DNA from: Eledone cirrhosa
Taxonomy: Eukaryota
NCBI GenBank assembly: GCA_964016885.1
Contig: OZ024757.1
Coordinates: 6,014,001-6,078,000 of the forward strand
Direction of reading: 5' to 3'
Length of the DNA: 64,000 bases
In this document: one piece after another, positions 13,371-26,603 of the stretch
How positions within the stretch are numbered: position 1 is the stretch's first letter
Layout: each line of letters starts with the position of its first letter
Position numbers and translations under genes: made by a program
Notes under the pieces: model-generated
The model's input: the letters and a program-made list of their open reading frames with translations, nothing else
The model's database searches: none
What the model was told of the DNA's origin: nothing

Positions 13371-14155
13371 GTCATGATAACAATATATTTTATATCACAT
13401 GTAACAGTGGAATCTGATTAATTACTCGATCGTTGTAAGGTTCACATAATTATATTATTTACACACATTAATATAGACATTAAGTAAATCTTTGTCAACT
13501 TACCTCCTTCACATATAATCAATGTGTTGTGTTGTTACTAAACAACCAAAGAAATAATCTCTTTGTTATCAAATTAGAAGTTTCAATGTTATCAGCTTTA
13601 TTTCACGACATTAACGTTGGTGTAACTTCTTCATCTTTAGTCATAAATTGATATCTTGTCAGAATGAAGTAGTGAGGCTGACTTTATGTCTTTAGCTACA
13701 GATTTGATAGGAAATATATATATATTAGGTTGATATGTGGTCTAAAATATATATATTGTCTATAAATGACTGATAGCAGATGTTCTGGTGAAATAGTAGT
13801 TTTACTACTACAGATTGTAATGGAACTCTTAGTAGACACAATTGTAAAGTAAGAATAGATATGACAGTGTAAGACTGATGTCGGGGAGAAAAAACTGTGT
13901 ATATATATATATATAATTGTTACACAAGATATAATTAGATTAAGAAGGTAACAGGTACTCGATGTCGTTGGAAATGATTTAACTCCCTTACCGGTGTCAT
14001 TAGTTAAAAGTCCCTGATATAATTTAATACATACAGACAGTTCCAATCGTATTTAATCGATAGTAAATGAAAAGGTATCACTCAGTAAAATATCAATTAT
14101 ATATCGATGTAGTGTCTCTGACTGCTAGAAATAGCAGTGAAATTATCCATTACAG
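13330..14155. repeat. Segmental-duplication block present once in each ZF intergenic interval
   Basis: Closely similar sequence at ~24430-25450 and ~48330-49165. Confidence 0.88.
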
Positions 14156-14784
14156 ACTTTTCTTTCTTTAAACTCTTACGTTTAGTAGATGTTTGTGTTG
14201 AGAATGTGTGTATTTGTGTATTGTATGACGGAAGTCACCATTGAAGATGTTAAAAGCAATGTTGTGGAAAATAGCATCGTACGACTTTATAATTGTTTAT
14301 ATATAATTTATTTACAGATTAAGAAGGTTATAATAATGTCTCTTGAGAGGATAGTTAATGTTATCAATAAAAAGGTTATAAAGATTTAAAGACGTACGGT
14401 CAATTGGCTGAGGCGTTAGCCAGACCTGTAGTGATATCTGTTGCTACATATTGTCTATGCTTGAGGAACGAAAGCAAGAGATGTTTACCTTCACGGTGTC
14501 GAGCTGCAAGAGAGAGAGTTTCGAATCTCCGCAGGAATTTTTCCTTCTGGGCGGATCTCGAGATACATTTTCCTACACTGGTAGTGATTGGTTGAACTGA
14601 GCCAAACAACGCACAGAGAATGTATCCATCAGCCCTCGGAATGTAGGTCACTACAGTACCCCCTATGTAGTCTGCAAGACGATAGATAAGATTGAATCAG
14701 CAGGAAAAAAGGCTTAAAGAAAGGACATCAATGAATATATATGTATATATATATGTATGTATATATGATATATATATATATATA

Positions 14785-15452
14785 CAGGTGTGGACGATAT
14801 TTGGTCGCAATTTTCAACTGCTAATTTTATGCAAATTTTTTTTACTTCCGTTGTCACTCTTGTCCTCATAAAAACAGTGACTATATTTCCATTATTTATT
14901 TTCAGAATAATTGATTATGAATAATTTTGAACCTCCAAATTTGTGGAAGAGACACGGAGTTCTTCTTGGAATCAGCGCCAGGAGGACAAATAAGACCAGA
15001 AGATCAACTCCCAGAACAACAGGTGGCTCACTGTCTCATCCAAAGACGTGCCCAGAGTCATGCAGATAAAGTTTCCAGCGACAACATTGGTCTTAGGTGT
15101 CGTCAGCAGTCAAGGTGACGTAATGCCACCTGACTGCTTCCCTGAGGGTCTCAAGCTGAACACCGATGGCTACATTCGCGTTCTGAGCGAGGTAGTAAAG
15201 CCCTGGATCGACCAGGTAGCTGCAGGTAGGCCGTACGTGTGGCAGCAAGACTCAGCGCCCTGCCATACCAGCCGAAAGGTCCAAGCCTGGCTGTCAGAGA
15301 ACTTCATCGACCACACTTCCCCTGACATCTGGCCTCCCAGCTAGCCTGACTGCAATCCTCTCGACTTCTTTGTGTGGGGCGCAGTGGAATGAGACACCAA
15401 CAGATCCAGCTGCAATACGAAAGACGATCTGAAGGCCAGGATCACAAGTGCC
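14785..15452 (+). mobile_element. Tc1/mariner-superfamily transposon remnant, DD37D (maT-type)
   Basis: TA|CAGGTGTGG start. WQQDSAPCH...WPPS*PDCNPLDFFVWG has 37 residues between the last two Asp. Internal stops; the 3' end is replaced by RTE. Confidence 0.85.
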
Positions 15453-15998
15453 ATAGTATCTAGAATTAGGATGGGTTGGAAGAAGTTTAGGGAGCTGCTT
15501 CCTCTGCTGACAAAGAAGGCTTTCTCCCTGCATACGAAAGGCCGGTTGTATGATGCCTGTGTGAGGAGCGCGATGCTGCATGGTAATGAGACATGGGCAG
15601 CAACTGCAGAGGATATGCGACGGTTGGAAAGAAATGAGGCAAGCATGTGCAGTGTAGATGTACGTGAACGACCCAGCATGAATCTGTTGAGAGAGAAACT
15701 GTGTCTGAGAGGGATAGAATGTAGTGTACGGGAGAGGAGACTGTGGTGGTATGGACATGTGATGCGCATAGAGGATGATCGATGGGTGAAGAAATGCCAG
15801 GAAATGCCAGTTGAAGGAAGACGTGGTAGAGGTAGACCACGAAAAACATGGGCGTGGGTGGTGAGAACAGACCTCAGATCATTGAAGCTCACGGTGGAGA
15901 TGACGAAGGACCGTGACGAGTGGAGAGATGCTGTGCTGAATAAGACCCCTCCCACCCTTGCAAGCAGGGAAAAGCGGACGTAAAATGATTATGATGAT
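15453..15998 (+). mobile_element. RTE LINE 3' fragment
   Basis: ORF 15471-15983 (GWKKFRELLP, RLWWYGHV, GRPRKTW) followed by the tail. Confidence 0.88.
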
Positions 15999-16011
15999 AT
16001 ATATATATATA

Positions 16012-17020
16012 TTATCATCATCACTGTTTTACATCCGTTCTTCTATGCTAGCATGGGTTAGACGGGTTGTCTTGTTGTGGGCAGTGTCTGGTTGGCTGAC
16101 CTTGTCTTGCACATACGGGAACTGATTCTGCTTTGATTTCTACAGCTGGATGTCCTTCCTAACACCAACCTCATTTACACTGAGAGATGGGTACTATTCT
16201 TCCGTGGTGCCTACATGTCCACTTTATAGTGTGGGTTGATATATATATAATATATATTATATATAATATATATATATAACATATATATATATATAATATA
16301 ATATATATATATCATTTAATATATATAACATATATATATATATAATTGTTTCTACTTTTGACACAAGGCCAGCAATTACCCAGTACATTACTGGTACTTT
16401 AATATATAATATAATATAATATATCTATATATATCTGAGAGACAGACTGAGCATCAGAGGAATCAAATGCTGTGTGCAGGAGTGGCGGTTGCATTGGTAT
16501 GGACATGTGATGCGTATGAAGGATGACAGCTGCATAAAAAGGTGCAGAGCACTAGAAGTCGATGGAAGCCGCGGAGTGGGGAGACCCAAGATGACCTGGG
16601 ATGAGGAGATAAAAGCCGACCTTACCCAATTACACCTCTCAAAGGCGATGACACACGACAGTGACCTCTGGAATCACGCAGTAATACAGAGTACCTGACC
16701 TCCCATGGGTACAAGCTGAAGCATATAGACAATATGCCCCCACACTCCCCACTGCAAGGTGGTCGTGGAGGTGCCACGGCAAAAAAGCACCCAGCCCACA
16801 CTGTAAAGTGGACGTGTAGGCGCCACGAAAAAGCACCCAGCACTCACTGTAAATAAGGTTGGTGTTAGGAAGGGCATCCAGCTGTAGAAATCACGCCAAA
16901 TCAGTTCCTTTATGAGCAAGGAATGGTCAGCCGACCAGACACTGGCCAGAACAGGACAACGCGTCTAACCCATGCTAGCCTGGAAGAACGGATGTAAAGC
17001 CGTGATGAGGATGATGATGA
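16012..17020. mobile_element. Two divergent RTE 3' fragments (16012-16238 on -, 16434-17020 on +) separated by an AT tract containing a short SINE tail (16346-16400)
   Basis: Similarity to 4098-4680 and (ATG)n tails at both outer ends. Confidence 0.8.
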
Positions 17021-17190
17021 TATATAAAATAGAGAATGCCTAAAACTCAAGAACCACCCAACCGATTGTCTTCAAACTTTACACATGTAATATTTATACG
17101 CCTATGAGTGTTTGAGGAGAAAAATTTCAAATTTTCAATGCCCTAGGGACCGCATTAGGCGATTTAGCGATCTCCGGGCCATTCTGCTAG
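17021..17190 (+). mobile_element. Possible non-autonomous Helitron-like element
   Basis: Starts TATATAAAA and ends in a GC-rich subterminal stretch followed by CTAG|T. Recognised only from terminal pattern. Confidence 0.35.
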
Positions 17191-17209
17191 TAATATATAT
17201 ATAATATAT

Positions 17210-17420
17210 ATGGCTTAGTGGTTAGAGCATTGGGCTTGTAATTGAAAGGTTGTGAGTTCAATTCTCGGACCGGGTGATGTGTTATGTCCTTGAGCAAGAC
17301 ACTTTATTTCACGCTGCTCCTTCTACCTGGAGTTGTGACCAATAGATAGTATTAGCAATTGGAAAGACCAATGGAAACATTGTTTCTTTGGTCCAATTTG
17401 ACGAAAGTCGATCGACTGAC
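17210..17420 (+). mobile_element. tRNA-derived CORE-type SINE
   Basis: TGGCTTAGTGG A box, GTTCAATTC B box, CORE-like segment. Confidence 0.78.
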
Positions 17421-19016
17421 AATATATATTATACATATATATATTATACATATATATATATGTGTCACTTGCTGGATCTGCTAGAAGGACCCAGATAATA
17501 TGAGATGTTCTCCCGGCTGTATCATATACTGCAAATCTATGCAGATGTATACACATATATACACAAGTAATTATACACACATAGAAGTGGTTGATAGCTT
17601 CTGTGACTTAATTAGCAGTGGAGGATGACTGTATAACACCTGCCAATAAAATATGATGCTGCATAGTAGTGAAACAAGGGCTGTGATAGCAGAAAAAAAG
17701 TGTAGACTGGAGAGAAATGAAGCAACCATGCTTCATTGGATGTGCCATTTAAGTGTGAGAGAAAGGCAGAGCTTGGACAAGTTGAGGGAGAAGCTGGGTT
17801 TAAGAGGGAACTTAAGAGATGTGTAGGAGAGAAGACTGGATTGGTACGGACATGTGATACATATGGATAATGTCAGCTGGGTGAAGAAGTGCCAGGACAT
17901 CCCAGTGAAAGGAAACCATAGTAGAGGTAGACGAAGAAAGACCTGGACAGAGGCTGTGTGAACTGACTTCAAATGACTGACTCTCAGAGAGGAGATGACA
18001 AAGGAACACGACAAGTTCAAAGATGCCATGTTGAGAAGGATATGTCCAACCCAAGGAAGCATAGAAAAACGAACATAAAATCAGTGATGATGTTGATGAA
18101 GATGACGTACATATACACACATAAATCAAATACAGATATGCACATACTTATATACAAACATATACATGGACACAAATTTCTACACACATACATTCACATA
18201 TATGTAGCGTATGTTAATTCTGAACAATACAGTTTTGTCAGCACAAGTCTTGGTTAAAACTTCTACAAATAAAATCAAAGGAGAAGAATTTCTTAGTAAA
18301 ACAGTTTTATTCAAGATATTAACAACATTGGTGGCACTATTTTAGGTGAGTGACATGGTTTTTATCTTGTCTGACTGTGTTTGTGTTGCATCAAGTAACC
18401 TTTACAAGAGAATTATTTATCACAAACATCACAGTGATATGGTTCCTTTCCTGTATGTTAGTGTGTAGGGTAGCCACAACATTTAGAGACTGATTTACTA
18501 CAGACATCACAATGATATAGTTCCTCTCCTGTATGTTAGTGTCTAGTGAAGCCACAACATTTAGAGAAGGATTTACCACAGACATCACAGTGATATAGTT
18601 CCTCTCCTGTATGTTAGTGTTTAGTGAAACCAAAATTAGAAAATGATTTACATGGGTGGAGGTGGCGAGAGCAGACGTTTGAAGCTCACGGTGGAGATGA
18701 CGAAGGACCGTGGCAAGTGGAGAGATGCTTTGCTGAATAGGACCCATCCCACCCTTGGAAGCAGGGAAAAGTGGACGTAAAATGATGATGATGATGATAT
18801 GGTTTCCCTCATCTATGCATATATTTAGTTAAATTGCTGCATTAAAAGATATATTTTCCAAACATATCAAAGTGATATAGCTTCCCACCTGTATATGTTT
18901 GTGTGAAGTTAATGTAGCATTGAAAGAGAATGATTTACCATAGATATTACACTGATATATATTTGTATTCTCATTAATTCACAATTTTGAGAGGATTTAT
19001 CACTGATGTCAATGCA

Positions 19017-20742
<1,726 letters not shown>

Positions 20743-23700
20743 TTACATTATATTCCTAAAAAATAGATCTTCAATATTTCCCTCAACTGTGATTTCAGTT
20801 AATAGTCTTCAAATGATGATAAATAGAGGTGATGTATCCAAGATTGAAAATAATAATTTATCCCAATGTCATCTGGTATTCTGAAATAAGAAATAAACAG
20901 TATCAGATAATACAGAATACTTAAGAAGCAGAGATAGATTTAATAGTGTAAATTTTATATTTCTATATTGGTAAACTGTAGATATCAACTTTCCTGTCCA
21001 GAGTAATTCTCTCCAATGCAAACAGTAGTATTCCAGCATGCTCTATAAATGTTATCCTTCTATCTTTAGAGAGGTCTGCTCTATGGCAGTTTAGTGAAAA
21101 ATTCATTCTGATATGAATTTCTAACATAGCTATTATCTCCTCTCCTGGTGACATGTCAACACCAGTTTAACTTCCATCTTTTTATTAGTAGGACTCAATT
21201 GTTCCTCTATATCTTTATCTTACTTCTTTTCCATCTTTCTCTGGGAGAAATCAGCTGTGTTTAGACCAGGAGTTACGAGTCTATATGAATCCATACAATA
21301 TCTGATTTCACTTGAAGTTTTATTCAGATCTCAATTGTGTTCAGATGAGAGAGGTGATGGGCTCCATCAGGTTTTAAAATATGCCAGAGAAATACTGTAT
21401 GTCACTTAGGGTACCCTTACGACTCCACCAGTGTTTCATTTGTTTAGGACTATGTCTGGGTTAGCCAGCCAAGTATCAGTAGAAGGGAAAACAGGGCCCT
21501 GATCCCCTCAGAAAAATGGCTTTGCTCAGTGTGCTAGAAAGGTGGAGGTAGAAATTCCATTCTCTGTCCAAAATACAAACAATGGTTACACAAGAAATGT
21601 AATGGGATCTCAGTATATACATTAAGATATATACATTAAGACAATGTCACTGGACCGAGATCTTTGGCACTACTCAGTAATACAGAAGACCCACCTTGCC
21701 TATGTACAAAGCAAAACCTACTGTCAGTAGGCACCTCTTAACTAAATATACACCCCCATCCCACTACCCAACCCCACACCCCCATCAACACCTCCCTTTC
21801 TCTGTAAAGTTATGTTGGTACCACAACATCCAGTCCTAAATAAATGAGGTTGTGTAGGTGTCACGACTAAAAAATACACAGTCCACGCTGTAATGTGGCC
21901 GTGTCGGTAACATGGTAAAACGTCACAGTCCACACTGTAAATGTGGTTGGTGTTAGGAAGGATATCCAGCCATAGAAAACCTGCCATTTAGTCCTATACA
22001 AGTGAGACACGGTCACCCGACCAATCTTGCCTCAAGTGGAACAATTCCCGTCTAAACCCCGGCCAGCGTGGAAGGTAGACGTTAAACAATGATGATGATG
22101 ATGATGACAAGCAATATATATAATCTAAGTAGAATGGTATAATGAAAGCATATAATGTAGGTACAGCAGTATTCTCATAAATTGCTACAAAGGTAAAGAG
22201 GATGCTCTAGAGAGGAGCAATTATAGGGGCATAAAGCTGATGGATCAGGTTATGAAAGTGGCAGAGAGAATATTAGCGCAGCTGATTAGAGAAAAGGTCA
22301 ATTTAGATGAGATGCAGTTTGGTTTTGTGCCTCGGAAAAGTACAACAGAAGCCCTCTTCTTATTGAGGCAACTACAAGAGAGGTTCTTAGAGAAGAATAA
22401 GTCTCTATACTTAGCTTTTGTTAGGGTACCCCGATCTGCCATCTGGTGGTCCCTAAGGAAACTAGGTGTAGAGGAATGGCTTGTGAGGACAGTGCAAGCT
22501 ATGTACAGGGGTGCTGTCAGTAAAGTGAGGGTAGGAATGGAGTTTAGTGAGGAATTCCAGATACAAGTAGGTGTACATCAAGGTTTGGTCCTCAGCCCAC
22601 TCTTGTTCGTTATAGGCCTCCAAGCCATAAAAGAGGAGTTTAAGACTGGATGCCCATGGGAACTTCTCTATGCTGATGAACTGGTTCTTATAGCAGAATC
22701 AGTAGAGGAGCTAGAGAATAAATTCTGGCTATGGAAACAGCAGTTAGAATCAAGAGGCCTGAGAGTGAACATAGCTTAAACAAAAGTGTTGATGAGTAGA
22801 AAAGAGGACAAAACTCTGATTCCATCAGGGAAATGGCCATGTTCGATATATAGGAAACGAACTGGCATAAATTCCATAAAATGTACGCAATGCAGAAGTT
22901 GGGTACACAAGAAATGTAGTGGGATAGCAGGCAAACCAACAGGTAGAGATAACTATGTATGCAGTAGATGTACAGGGAAAGTTGGCAGTAGTAATCACAG
23001 TGAAAGACACATTTTTCAAATACAGGTGGGTTCTATAGATGTGGTTGATAGCTTCCGGTACCTAGGTGATCAGATTAGCATGGGAGGGGGGGGGAGGTTC
23101 CGAGGCCATAGGATCTAAAATAAGGACGGGTTGGAAGAAGTTTAGGGAGCTGCTTTCTCTGTTGACAAAGAAGGGTTTCTCGCTGCACATGAAAGGATGG
23201 TTATATGATGCCGATGTGCGATGCTACATGGTAGTAAGACATGGGCAGCAACTGCAAAGTCTATGTGACGGCTGGAGAGAAGCAAGCATGCTCCGGTGGA
23301 TGTGCAATGTCAATGTGTGTGAACGACCAAGCATAGACGAGTTGAGAAAGAAACTGGGTATAAGAGGGATAGGTTGTGGTGTGCAGGAGAGAAGACTGAG
23401 ATGGTATGGACATGTGACCACTGGGTAAAGAAGTGCCAAATAATCCCAGTAGTAGGAAGACGCATAAGAGGTAGACCACATAAAACATGGGCGGAGGTGG
23501 TGAGAGAAGACCTCAGATCGCTAAAACTCACCGAGGAGATGACAAGTGGAGTGATGCTGTGCTGAATAGGACTTGTCCCACCCTTGCAAGCAGGGAAAAA
23601 CAGACGTAAAATGATGATGATATATATATATATATATACTAGTATTCAAGATAACATTGTTAGAACACATTGCAGCCCTGAAGAGACGGTTTCAACAAGA

Positions 23701-24561
23701 TTGGGTGGTGAAAGTTATAGTTTTTGTAGTAGGATCTCATCACATTAGTTTCCTTCAAAGATTCTTCTAGAGTTACAGAGTCATTTATATATATGTGTGT
23801 GTTTTGAACAATGAAAGTAAAACTAGAGACAAAGATATGTTCTTAATTAGTTCATTGTTTTACGATCATTTCAGAGGTTTGATTGATCATGGTTGATTGA
23901 TATATTGACAAACAGGTAGTTGTTATGTCACTAACTATTTCTAGTCTCAAAATACCTGATCAATCACACCGTATCAATATATTGATTTACCATGATCAAT
24001 CAACCCTCTGAAACGATCGCAAAAAGGGAAGCCATACTAGAGGGAGACGAAAGTCGATGTGGTGAGAGCTGATCTTAAATTGCTGAGACTCACAGATGAC
24101 GAAGGAACAAGCGAGTGGGGAGATGTTGTGCTTAAAAGGACCCACCAACCCATACCACGATTGAAAAACGGACGTAAAACTATGATGATGATGTAGATGA
24201 AGTAAATTATATCAAAATGGATTTAGACTAAAACGAACAAAACTTCCCTGAAGCAACAACAAGGTACAGCTAAATATAAACTATATTTTATAATGTAAGG
24301 TAGTGAACCACATAATTAAATAGACGGAGGTAATTTAAATAATAAAGATATCTTTAATTTACTTAAAGCAACAACAAGGTACAGTTAAATATAAACTATA
24401 TTTCATAATGTAAGGTAGTGAACCACATAATTAAATAGACGGAGGTAATTTAAATAATAAAGACAGTCATGATAACAATATATTTTATATCACATGTAAC
24501 AGTGGAATCTGGTTAATTACTGGATCGTTGTATGGTTCACATAATTATATTATTTACACAC

Positions 24562-24733
24562 ATTAATATAGACATTAAGTTATCGACCCCGTAAGGATGA
24601 AAGGCAAAGTTAACCCGCCGAGGTTAACTTTGCCTTTCATCCTTACGGGGTCGATAAAATAAAGTACCAGTAATACACTGGGTATTTGCTGGCCTTGTGC
24701 CAAAAGTAGAAACAATTAATATAGACATTAAGT
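24562..24733 (+). mobile_element. SINE insertion with 5' fold-back and 19-bp TSD
   Basis: TSD ATTAATATAGACATTAAGT at 24562-24580 and 24715-24733. Empty sites at ~13467 and ~48461. Confidence 0.9.
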
Positions 24734-25837
24734 AAATCTTTGTCAACTTACCTCCTTCAGATATAATCAATGTGTTGTGTTGTTAGTTGTTACTAAACAA
24801 CCAAAGAAATAATCTCTTTGTTATCAAATTAGAAGTTTCAATGTTATCAGCTTTATTTCACGACATTAACGTTGGTGTAACTTCTTCATCTTTAGTCATA
24901 AATTGATATCTTGTCAGAATGAAGTAGTGAGGCTGACTTTATGTCTTTAGCTACAGATTTGATAGGAAATATATATATATTAGGTTGATATGTGGTCTAA
25001 AATATATATATTGTCTATAAATGACTGATAGCAGATGTTCTGGTGAAATAGTAGTTTTACTACTACAGATTGTAATGGAACTCTTAGTAGACACAATTGT
25101 AAAGTAAGAATAGATATGACAGTGTAAGACTGATGTCGGGGAATTTAAAATTGTGTGTATATATATATATATATATAATTGTTACACAAGATATAATTAG
25201 ATTAATTAAAGGTATATTGAACACAGCAGGTACGCGGTATCGTTGAGAATGTTTCAACTCTCGTACCGGTGTCATACGTTAAAATTCCCTGATATAATTT
25301 AATACCTTCAGACACAGTTCCAATCGTATTTAATTGATTGTAAACCAGAAAGTATCTCTCAATAAAATATCAATTATATATCAATAAGAAAACCTCTACA
25401 TAGTCTCTCCAACTGCTAGAAATAGCAGCGATATTATCCATTACAACTGCTGTCTCTCTCTCTATATATATATATACACACACACATATATGTACGTATG
25501 TGTATATATGGATATCAATGAGTGTGTATGTGTACATAGGGTTTTGGTATATGTACGTTTGGTGAACATATGTGTATTTACCTGTAGGTATGTGTGAGTG
25601 TGCGTTCTATACGCATTTATGCGTGTATAATTATATATGTGTATATAATTATATGTATACACACAAACATATATTTATATGGGTATTTGGTGTATATGTT
25701 CGTACGTGTGCGGGTATATGTGTCGCACCGGTTTACGTCTGTGTGTGCGTGTTTATGTGTACGTGCATGTATATGCATGCATGGTGTGTGTTTTCGCGTA
25801 TGCACGTGTATAAATGTGTGTATGTATATATTTAATT

Positions 25838-25988
25838 ATTATTACTTTTATGCATGGTCTGAGTTCAAATCCCGCCAAGGTTAACTTTACCTTTCATCCT
25901 TACGGTGTCGATAAAATACAGTACCAGTAATGTACTGGGTAATTTGCTGGCCTTGTGCCAAAAAGTAGAAACAATTATTACTTTTATG
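25838..25988 (+). mobile_element. 5'-truncated SINE (retains B box GTTCAAATC) with 15-bp TSD
   Basis: ATTATTACTTTTATG at 25838-25852 and 25974-25988. Empty site at ~49573. Confidence 0.88.
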
Positions 25989-26603
25989 ATTTTAATAACC
26001 TCTGTCATTTTCGTTCAACTAATTTATTTACATTATTCTGAACTCCGAAGCCAAGAATCATTCAGTTTCCTAAATAGTATATTAGTCTACGACTCCATTT
26101 ATACCATAAACGTGGTTTTGTCTTTACGTGTAATTGTTGTCAACGCGCCACATAACGACGTATTATCTTCGCTTTTTTCCGTTCATTGCCAGGGAAAGTC
26201 TTCACGAACCAAAGTATCGTCTTCCTGTTTTCCTTCCGTTGCAAAGTTTTTCGAAATATTTACTTTTTCGGTCATGGATTGATTTTTTTTTAGTTTCAGA
26301 AGATCCCGTTAAAGGGGAAAGCAGCGATTCTTTGTTTAAACTTTAATCTGTTATTTTAATATATATATATATACATATATAATTGGTTTTGGATGCTTAA
26401 AGCGTCCATATGCAGTAGGCCGTTTGAGCACTCGATGCTCTCATAGAGCAGAGTATATCACAGAAAAAGAGAGAATCAGTGTTGCGATGAGTGGAATTTA
26501 GTGGACATATTACAATCGTTTCTCTGGCGACCAGCTCTGGGTACAATCGATGTGATGATCGAAGCTGAAAATCTCAAGGTTCTCTGATACGTCTTGATTC
26601 TAT

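Noticed and set aside
17210-17290. tRNA gene
   Set aside because: The A/B boxes run into a CORE-like SINE body; dispersed decayed copies at 3.8, 38.5 and 47.0 kb.
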